The notes under the pieces: model-generated
The model's database searches: none
Seen by the model: only the letters and a program-made list of their open reading frames with translations
Told to the model about the DNA's origin: nothing
Source of the DNA: an uncultured Planctomycetaceae bacterium
GTDB taxonomy: Bacteria > Planctomycetota > Planctomycetia > Planctomycetales > Planctomycetaceae
DNA: 64,000 nt
Reading direction: 5' to 3'
Assembly: GCA_963815195.1 (NCBI GenBank)
Contig: CAWFGE010000020.1
Coordinates: 32,001-96,000, forward strand
Shown: one piece after another, positions 56,385 to 64,000 of the stretch
How the letters are laid out: each line of letters opens with the position of its first letter
Position numbering within the stretch: the stretch's first letter is position 1
Made by a program: the position numbers and the translations under genes

Positions 56385-57599
56385 ATGCCCAGTTGTGTTT
56401 TAGCCTATTCCGGCGGATTGGATACTTCGGTCATCCTGGGGTGGTTACAGGATGAGGGATACGAAGTGCATTGCGTGTATGTCGATCTGGGTCAGCCCTG
56501 TGAAGACCGCGAGGCAATTCTGCAGAAAGCCAAGGGCAACGGAGCCAAGTCGGCCCGCATCGTGGACGTGCAGGAAGAGCTCTGCCGGGATTTCGCGTTT
56601 CCGGTGCTCGGGTGGCAGGCCAAGTACGAAAACATTTATCTCCTGGGCACGTCCATCGCCCGCCCGCTGATCTCCAAAGCCTGCCTGCAAGTGGCGCGCG
56701 AAGTCGGGGCGGACGCCTTCGCCCACGGAGCCACCGGCAAAGGCAACGACCAATGCCGATTCCAACTCGCCGCGGAGGCCTTGGAACCGGACGTCCAAAT
56801 GATCGCCCCCTGGCGGATCGAAAAGTTCCGAAAGCAGTTCCCGGGCCGGCGGGAGATGATCGATTACTGCGAGCAAAAAGGCATCCCGGTCAAAGCCTCC
56901 GTGGAAAAGCCCTACAGCTCCGACGAAAACTGTCTGCACATCAGCTACGAGGCCGGCCGGCTGGAAGATTTCACGACCGACGGCTACGAAACGGTCGACT
57001 TCGGCATGAGCGTCTCGCCCCAGGACGCCCCGGACAAGCCCGAACGCATCGCCATCGCGTTCGAGCACGGCATTCCCGTGGCCCTGAATGGAAATCGCTG
57101 CTCCGCCTTGGAAATGGTCTTACAACTGAACGCGGTGGGCGGACGGAACGGGATCGGGCGGATCGACATTGTCGAAAACCGGTTCGTGGGCATGAAAAGC
57201 CGGGGCGTTTACGAAGCCCCGGGGATGACGATTCTCTACGCCGCCCACCAGTTGCTCGAACAACTCACAGTCAACCGGGATTTGCTCCACCTGCGGGACC
57301 GGATTTCTCCGGAAGTCGCCGAGATGGTATATTATGGTTTTTGGTATGTTCCGAAAATGGACGCCTTGATGTCGTTCATCAAGACCGCCCAGCAGCCCGT
57401 CACGGGGGATGTGGTCTTAAATCTTTACAAGGGCAATGTTTTGGTTTCGAGCCGGCAAAGTCCCAACAGCTTGTACGATGCCGAGGTCGCGAGCATGGAA
57501 GGCGGCGGCAGCTACAACCAGACCGACGCCGAGGGCTTTTTGCGGATTATGGGGCTTCCCAGCCGGGTCGAGGGCCGCGTGCACAAACGGATTTATTGA
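56385..57599 (+). CDS. argG: Argininosuccinate synthase
   Basis: LAYSGGLDTS; YLLGTSIARP; HGATGKGNDQ.RF; YSSDEN; ENRFVGMKSRGVYE. Confidence 0.97.
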   Translation: MPSCVLAYSGGLDTSVILGWLQDEGYEVHCVYVDLGQPCEDREAILQKAKGNGAKSARIVDVQEELCRDFAFPVLGWQAKYENIYLLGTSIARPLISKACLQVAREVGADAFAHGATGKGNDQCRFQLAAEALEPDVQMIAPWRIEKFRKQFPGRREMIDYCEQKGIPVKASVEKPYSSDENCLHISYEAGRLEDFTTDGYETVDFGMSVSPQDAPDKPERIAIAFEHGIPVALNGNRCSALEMVLQLNAVGGRNGIGRIDIVENRFVGMKSRGVYEAPGMTILYAAHQLLEQLTVNRDLLHLRDRISPEVAEMVYYGFWYVPKMDALMSFIKTAQQPVTGDVVLNLYKGNVLVSSRQSPNSLYDAEVASMEGGGSYNQTDAEGFLRIMGLPSRVEGRVHKRIY

Positions 57600-57712
57600 A
57601 CCAATCCACCAAAAAACGGGAAATTCGGGAATAAATGAGGCGGTCGAAGGGTCCCACATGGTGAGCGGCTGGATTGGCCAGCCAGTGTGAATCACCTTAC
57701 GAATGGAGAGCC

Positions 57713-58087
57713 ATGATGAAAGCGTTTCTGGGACTAACCTGTGCCGTTGCCATTCTTTGTGTCGCGATTGGTTGCGGCGGAAAAACGGCGTCAGAGAACA
57801 AATCCGCCTCCGGAACCACCCAAAACAACGAGGAATCGCCGAAGAAAAACGCCGATTCGGAAATGCCGCCGGCCAATCCGCCCAACCAAAATGAAGAGCC
57901 CCCCGCAAACCCGACCCCGGCCCCGGAAAACGACAACCCGACCCCGGCCCCGGAAAAACCGGCTCCGGCTCCCGAAGCGAAAAACCCGGTCCCGGCTCCC
58001 GAAGCCAACAATCCCACCCCGGAAAAACCCAAAGCACCGGCCAACCCGGAAGCCCCCAAAAAGCCAACCGAGGAAAAAGGAACATAG
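57713..58087 (+). CDS. Pro/Glu/Asn-rich low-complexity lipoprotein
   Basis: Signal peptide ending AIGC; disordered tail with repeated (N)PxPAPE units. Confidence 0.75.
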   Translation: MMKAFLGLTCAVAILCVAIGCGGKTASENKSASGTTQNNEESPKKNADSEMPPANPPNQNEEPPANPTPAPENDNPTPAPEKPAPAPEAKNPVPAPEANNPTPEKPKAPANPEAPKKPTEEKGT

Positions 58088-58118
58088 AACCGAGCATTCC
58101 ATTCCAAGAATCCAACCG

Positions 58119-58154
58119 GCCAAAGGGTTCCATTCGGGAACCCTTTGGCTTTTT
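58119..58154 (+). terminator. Rho-independent terminator
   Basis: 13-bp stem GCCAAAGGGTTCC / GGAACCCTTTGGC, 5-nt loop, TTTTT tail. Confidence 0.8.
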
Positions 58155-58404
58155 CGCTGCGCGACCGGGTGCGGTGGATCGAGAAAAATCCGGCCGCGAA
58201 GGTTTCCCTGGGTTTCCGTGACCGCTCGCCAGTTTGCCCAGGCTGCCGTGGTTTCAGACCGGGATTGACAGGATTTTCGATCTGGAGACACTTCGCTTTC
58301 CCTCGCCTTTCCCCAGAACGGGCGGGGGAGACAATTTGTTCTACCCAGATCACAATCTTGACCCTTGAGATGAAGGTCTCTCCCCGCGTGACCCCATCAT
58401 CCCT

Positions 58405-59535
58405 GTGCCTGTTGTGTGCGCTGGGGCGCTTCCGCCCGCCGGTGCCGCCTCGATTTATGCCCCGTCGAATCCCGATCACGTTCTGATCCGCGGACAATCC
58501 CCCCCCGCGTATTCGACGTCGACTTGGGGATCGGCCGCTTTGGGACAAGCCTCGCCTTGGCAGACGGCGGCTTCGGTTTTCACGCCTGCCCAGGGCAGTT
58601 TTTACGACGATCCATTTTTGGAGCCGCCCACCGGCGGGCCACCCACCGGTTCGCCGGGAGCGGGACCCTACGGGACGCCCCCCGTTTATGGACGCTTCGG
58701 CGGCCGGTTGGGGCTTTCGGGGATCAACGGCCCGCAGCCGTTCCGCTTGGGTTGGCAGCCGCGATTCGACGTGGGCTATCTGCCGGCGCGAAGCGTGAGC
58801 CAAGGCAGCGGGAAGTTTGGGATCTTCGCGTTTGACGGCGAGGTCCGAAACAACACGCCGCTCCCGAATGGCAGCGTGTTCTCCTTGGCCCCGCAGTTCG
58901 GACTCCGAACCTGGGACGGCCCGGTCTTGGCGGGCGGCGGCACCTTGCCCAACACGGTGTACCGGCTGGCGACCGATTTGGAGTACAACACCTCGGCCGC
59001 CGGTCCCTGGAGCATCACGCTAGGATTTAACCCTTCGCTGAACACCGACTTCGCGCAATCGCCCACCTCCAACGCCTTCAACTTCGACGCGCGGGCCATG
59101 CTGTTTTACCGGACCTCGCCGCAATTGATGTACGTCGTCGGCGTGGGCTATCTGGATCGGGTCCACAACTTTATCCTGCCTTACTCCGGCGTGGTCTGGA
59201 CTCCCAGCGACCGCACGGAACTCCGGCTGCTGTTTCCCGAATCGCGGATTTCCCATTACATCGGAAACTACTTCCGCGATGACAAATGGGTTTACGTCTC
59301 CGCCGGCTTCCATGTCGAAGCCTACCAGATCGAGATCGCGCAACCCGGCGGGAACACCCGCGACCAAATCGAACTCAGCGATTGGCGGGCCGTGCTCGGC
59401 CTGCGGTCGGAGAACGATTACATCTCCTCGTTCATCGAAGGCGGGATCGTGTTCGGGCGGAACGTCGATTTCTTGCACTCGCCGGGCTTCGACATCTCCA
59501 ACGGCTTCATCCTCCGCGGCGGCCTGCGGTTCTGA
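58405..59535 (+). CDS. Putative outer-membrane beta-barrel protein (DUF6268-like); true start possibly 58370 with a frameshift
   Basis: Pro-rich N-part; ILPYSGVVWTP..L.LLFPE.RI; C-terminal FILRGGLRF ending in Phe. Confidence 0.6.
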   Translation: MPVVCAGALPPAGAASIYAPSNPDHVLIRGQSPPAYSTSTWGSAALGQASPWQTAASVFTPAQGSFYDDPFLEPPTGGPPTGSPGAGPYGTPPVYGRFGGRLGLSGINGPQPFRLGWQPRFDVGYLPARSVSQGSGKFGIFAFDGEVRNNTPLPNGSVFSLAPQFGLRTWDGPVLAGGGTLPNTVYRLATDLEYNTSAAGPWSITLGFNPSLNTDFAQSPTSNAFNFDARAMLFYRTSPQLMYVVGVGYLDRVHNFILPYSGVVWTPSDRTELRLLFPESRISHYIGNYFRDDKWVYVSAGFHVEAYQIEIAQPGGNTRDQIELSDWRAVLGLRSENDYISSFIEGGIVFGRNVDFLHSPGFDISNGFILRGGLRF

Positions 59536-59600
59536 GCGGCTCCTGGAAGAGTAAGGATCGTTCGAGAAATAATTGTCCGATTATCAGCAAGAACGCACTA

Positions 59601-61024
59601 GATGTCAGTTTCGTAAATCCTTCCTCAGTTAAGCCGCCTGTCGTTTGTAGGGGCGAGGCGGGTAGAGGATTTTTTCGTAAGTTTTGGGGCGAGGGCTGAA
59701 CCAGACTCGCCCGCGTTTTTGTTGGCGCCGCGTTTGGTCGAATGGCGTGCTGCGAACGAGCGGCTCGCCAGTGTAGGTCCAACGGTAGGGATGACAATAG
59801 TGCGAGTTGTAATCATTCAAGAAAGCCAAGAGCCGGTCCTCAAACTCGGCCGCCGAAGCGAAGTCTCCTCTTTTCAGGAACCGCCGGGACAAGACGCTAA
59901 ACCACAACTCCACCTGGTTCAGCCAGGAACCGTGCTTCGGCGTGAAATGGAACACGTGTTTGTGGGACGGGTCGGTCAAGAACAAACGCCTTTGGGTTCC
60001 CGTTTTCAAGTCTTTGGGAACGAACGGCACCTCGCTCAACTCGGCCACCACGCGGCAGACATCCAGGCTCCAATGCGTGTTCAGATTATCCAGCACCCAA
60101 TCGAACCGCTGCATTTCGCGAAAGTGTGTGGCGACATGATCGATGTGTGCGGCGAAATCCTGGCTGGTGCGCGTTTGCCCGAGATTCCAAACGACCTCGC
60201 CGGTCGGTACGGCGAACGAAGCGATCAAAGCCCTCGTGCCATGACGGATGTATTCGTGCTCCCGCTTCTCCGGTTTTCCCGGCTCAAGGGGCTGCGTGGG
60301 ATATTTCCGCTGGAGAATCTGCATGCCGGTTTTCTCATCACTGCTGATAATCAACCGACCCTGCTGATAGAACGCGGGCGCTTGGACGTACAACTGGCCA
60401 ATCTCGCGAGCGATCGCATCAAAGTCCGGATCATGGCTGTTGAGCCAGTAAACGCTCTTGTGAGGCTTGAGATCCGCCTCCTCCAAAATCCGCCAGATTG
60501 TCGAACGGCTCATGGCTTCGTGATACGCATCATTGAGAATCGTGGCCGCGATGTCATTCAGGCTCCACCGCGTGGCAGGGTTGTCGTAGTCCGCTGGTTC
60601 GCTCGTCGCGATCGTCATGACATTCAACTGGTCCTCCGGGGGAAGAAGACCGAGGCCGTCCCGGTCTCGGCAGGTCTTGGAGCCCTGCGACTCCCTGCTC
60701 CAAAAACCGCCGCCGCCAAGTGCCCACGGTCTGCCGATCGCAGCCGAACTCCGCGGCGATATCCAGATTCCTGGGACGGTCCGGCTCGGCAGCCCGCAAC
60801 ACCAAGCGGGCCCGAAACACCAAAGCCTGCGGCGTCGAACCGGCTCGAACCAGCTTCTCAAGTTGCTGCCGTTGTTCATCATTCAAAACAACATCCGGGG
60901 GAAATGGGGTGGGCATGGAACCTCCTTGCTCCAAAGGACAGAAACACATGCCCGTTAAATCCCGTATTCGGCCGATTTTGTCCAGACCAACTAAAACTGA
61001 CTATGCACTTACGAAACTGACATC
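59601..61024 (-). mobile_element. IS630-family insertion sequence
   Basis: Perfect inverted repeats CTAGATGTCAGTTTCGTAA (59598-59616 / 61009-61027) including a duplicated TA in a CTAG target. Confidence 0.93.
59629..60916 (-). CDS. IS630 transposase, split HTH orfA and DDE orfB (+1 shift near 60640)
   Basis: orfA RAR.VL...TV..WR.RF...G..GL.D.PRPGRP; orfB DEKTG, EY.RHGT, LDNL.TH, TP.HGSWLNQVE.WF. Confidence 0.9.
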
Positions 61025-61269
61025 TAGCCGTTTTTGAATGGCAAGCAGATTTTGTTATAATTATAATAAGGAGAGAGTCGGAGCGTTTTGGCAAAAATCG
61101 ACAGTTGTCCAAGAGCGCCCGTTCGCCTGCTGGCTTGGACGCTGTTGGCTTTCCTCTCGGCTGTTTGTTCATTGCGGCTTCGCAGAAAAGCGTGTTTTTC
61201 GGGCTGTTGGACGCGGCTTCGTGGTTTCTGCCCGGATTGAAGATCCCCGTGCGGTTGGCCAACCTCATT

Positions 61270-61464
61270 ATGAGCATTTGTTTTCGCTGGATTCGGTGCG
61301 CCGGATGCGGCGAATCCTTTCCCGCCCACACGCGTTGGACGTGCCAGTGCGGATACACCGCGCCGCGGGAGAGGAACCTGTTTCATTTTCGCTGCCCCAT
61401 CTGTCGCGATTACCTCCGCGGATTCAATTGCCCGCAGTGCGAATCCACCATTTTGGTGAAGTGA
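61270..61464 (+). CDS. Small Cys-rich multi-Zn-ribbon protein
   Basis: 64 aa with CAGC, CQC, CPIC and CPQC. Confidence 0.6.
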   Translation: MSICFRWIRCAGCGESFPAHTRWTCQCGYTAPRERNLFHFRCPICRDYLRGFNCPQCESTILVK

Positions 61465-61468
61465 ACGG

Positions 61469-63032
61469 GTGTCTGGCCGTTTTCTATGGCGCGAACTGGG
61501 TAGAGTGTGTAAAGTAGGCAATCCTGTCGTCCGCGATGTGCGGGGGCGAGTTGATTTCACTTCCAGAGGAGGGATTGCGATGCAGGAACCCCGAGTTGCC
61601 AAAGAGGTTTATATCGAGTCAATGCGGTCGGAGCTTGAGGGCTTGTTGGGCGAAGTGATGGAGGCCGTGAATGCGGCGCCGGGCGGTCGCGTGATTGCCG
61701 ACAGTGAGGAGCAAGTGCGGCAGTTGATGCACGAGTTTCGCCGCCGGGCTTACGAGCGGGCCGTGCAGATGCGAGCGGACTCAGCCGAGTCCGCTTTTCC
61801 CCCCTCCGGAGAACGAAGCGACGGGAACACCCATGCGCAACAAAGGTCGCCAGAAGCACACCGTGATGACGGTCAACGGGCGGGTTAAGCTTCGCCGGAT
61901 TCGCTGGCAACCAGCCGGCGGCGGCAGCGTGACGCCGCTGGATGAGTGGTTGGACGAAGCCTGCCAGCAGTTCACGCAAGGCGTCGTCGAATTGGCCTGC
62001 CGATTGAACCGTTGCGAAAGCAGTTTTCTGGAACTGTCCGTGACCCTGAAGCGTGCGGCGGGGCTTTCGATCGGCAAGGAAACGCTCCGGCAATTGATCG
62101 AAGCCGAAGGCCAAACGGTCTTGGAACAAACGCGTCGCAACGAACTGAGGCCCGACTGGGAGGCGTCGGATTGCCAAACCCCTGAGGGCGAAACTCGCGT
62201 GTATTTCGGTTGTGACGGCGTGAAGGTTCCCGTGATCACGGAGACGGAAAAGAAGCAGCGGCGGGCTCAGGTCGTCGAGAAACGGAAAGAACGCAAATCC
62301 GAGGGCCGCTCTCTCAATCCGTTGGAACGATTGAAGCCGGGCGCCGACGGCCCGTACAAGGAATTTCGTCTGGTGCAGTTTTATTCGGAAGACCAGGAAA
62401 ACCGCTGGATCAGCGTCAGCCGGGGCGACCATGAAGTGGTCGGGCGGGTGATGCGCCGGGACGCCTCGCGGATTCAGTTGGATCAGGCGGACGCTTCGAT
62501 CGGGATTTATGACGGGGCCGTGTGGATCGATCGCCAAGCGGAGAAACAAGGCCTGCGGTTGACCGCCCGCGGACTCGACTTCTGGCATCTTCGGGATTAC
62601 GCGCAAAAGACGCGGCGGTCGCTTTACGGAGACGACGAAGCCGGCAAAAGCTGGCTGGACGAATTGATGCACACCTTCAAGCATGAAGGTTACGAAACAG
62701 CGTGGGATCAGCTCACGACCCAGCGGGCCCAACTGGAAAACGAAACGAAAAAGCAAGCCCTGGATGGACTCTTGCACTACATGGCCGAACGCAGCCATCT
62801 GATTAAATACCCCGAGTTCCGCGCCAACGGGTGGCAAATCGGCAGCGGTCCAACCGAAGCCCAATGCCGCACGACCACCAGCCGCATCAAAGGCAAAGGC
62901 CGCCGCTGGGATCCCGACAACGCCCTGGCCCTGATGGCCTTGGAAGCCCTCCACCAAAGCCACGCCTGGGACTCTCACTGGAACCTCAATTGACCAACCA
63001 ACTTAACCCCGCCAGAATTTCCGGCCACACAC
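61469..63032 (+). mobile_element. ISKra4/UPF0236-like insertion sequence
   Basis: Imperfect terminal inverted repeats GTGT(C/G)TGGCCG..TGGCG; encloses a split transposase. Confidence 0.7.
61580..62993 (+). CDS. ISKra4-like transposase, orfA and orfB (+1 shift near 61800)
   Basis: TVNGRV.L.R; PLDEWL; DG; DGA.WI; LDFWH; Y..FR..G..IGSG.TEA.C; R.KG.G.RW. Confidence 0.82.
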
Positions 63033-63164
63033 GAATTGGGCGAAAAAACGGATGCTCTTGTCACGATGCGTTTTTTCCTGGTAAAATTCCCAACTTCTCC
63101 GTGTTCCGCCAGTTGGGCGCGGCGGAGGGTTGCGTTTTTAGGTCCGTGCCGACAGGAGGTCGCC

Positions 63165-64000
63165 TTGCTCTTCACCCGGACAATCCGGCGCAAGATGGTT
63201 TGCGGAATGGCCCTTGTGCTGGTGATGCTCGTGACGTTGTCCCTGAGCGGCATTTCAGGGCTGATGTCTTACCGCAACGCCGTCAACGACCTGGATTTCA
63301 GCATCAACCGTGCGCCCCGGCGGGCCGATCTTTCCGACGCCATCGGCACGCTGTTCGATCCCCTCGTGTTCGACCGGCGGGCGTTTCACGCTAACTCCCC
63401 CAAACGCCAGCACCGCGCCGACACCGCGGAGGGGGCCCGCTATCGGCAGAAAGCGTTTCAGGAAGCCCTCGCCGAGGCCCGCGTCCGCGTGGCGGATTTT
63501 CGCCGAAAGCTCGACAACCTTCCCCCCAGCGAAATCGCGATCGGCAAAAATCCCGTGACGATCTCCATCCTCGACAATGTGAACCGCGGTTTCGATCAAC
63601 TGGAACAACTGCAAGAATCGCTCACCGATCTCGAAGAGCAGGAACACACCATCGACGATATGATCGAAGTCATCGCCTGGATGCAGATGGTCGCCCAAAA
63701 AGTGCCCGACTACCAGGACGGCCTCAACAATACGCTCACCAAAGCCCGGGGGGTTTACCGGTCGCGGTTTGTGTTGGTCTGCCTGGCGAGCACGATCGTG
63801 GTGCTGTTGTTTTTGGGGCTGGTGCGGTACGGGTATCTGTGGATCTTCGCCCCGCTCCGCAAACTGCATCAGGGAGCGTCGCGCGTGGCGCTCGGGGATT
63901 TCGGCTATCGGCTGAAGCTCAACTCCAACGATGAAATGGCCGAGCTCGCCGAGTCCTTCAACAAAATGACCGAACGCTTCCAGGCCACCACCCGCGACCT
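63165..64000 (+). CDS. Membrane sensor protein with HAMP domain, probably a histidine kinase (partial, runs off right edge)
   Basis: AGGAGG then TTG; TM-periplasmic-TM; PLRKL...A.RVA.GDF...DE..ELAESFNKM; absent from the ORF track because there is no stop in the window. Confidence 0.85.
   Translation, partial: MLFTRTIRRKMVCGMALVLVMLVTLSLSGISGLMSYRNAVNDLDFSINRAPRRADLSDAIGTLFDPLVFDRRAFHANSPKRQHRADTAEGARYRQKAFQEALAEARVRVADFRRKLDNLPPSEIAIGKNPVTISILDNVNRGFDQLEQLQESLTDLEEQEHTIDDMIEVIAWMQMVAQKVPDYQDGLNNTLTKARGVYRSRFVLVCLASTIVVLLFLGLVRYGYLWIFAPLRKLHQGASRVALGDFGYRLKLNSNDEMAELAESFNKMTERFQATTRD

Noticed and set aside
57890..58070. Short DNA repeats as a regulatory or mobile array
   Set aside because: They encode the PxPAPE repeats of the lipoprotein

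Overview
High-GC bacterial window, very probably from a planctomycete (PVC-type heme-binding CxxCH protein, DUF1800/DUF1501 pair, planctomycete-style intergenic palindromes). The core genes are clpC, a Clp-N-fused thiE, an alanine-glyoxylate-type aminotransferase, flhA-flhF-flhG-fliA, a partial nuoI/A/C/D cluster, glgA, an LptD-like protein, a SurA-like PPIase, argG and several histidine kinases. Many conserved genes carry 1-2 bp frameshifts, most likely long-read or assembly errors. The main accessory region is about 5.6-13.3 kb. It starts with an orphan HINT-HNH toxin tip and a probable immunity gene, bracketed by identical 149-bp REP-doublet repeats. A truncated DUF1963-like gene and an IS1380 follow. 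After these is an integrase-less integron cassette array (5 cassettes, recognisable attC sites) carrying mostly immunity-like genes, and several of its attC sites are damaged by IS, MITE or REP insertions. A second unusual locus (49.8-54.3 kb) is a split sensor system: a protein of four near-identical PAS domains, translationally coupled to a kinase whose N-terminal coiled coil has four His-containing heptad-register repeats, followed by a hybrid kinase. IS630 and ISKra4-like elements lie near the right end. All family assignments are from motif recognition by eye, not database searches.
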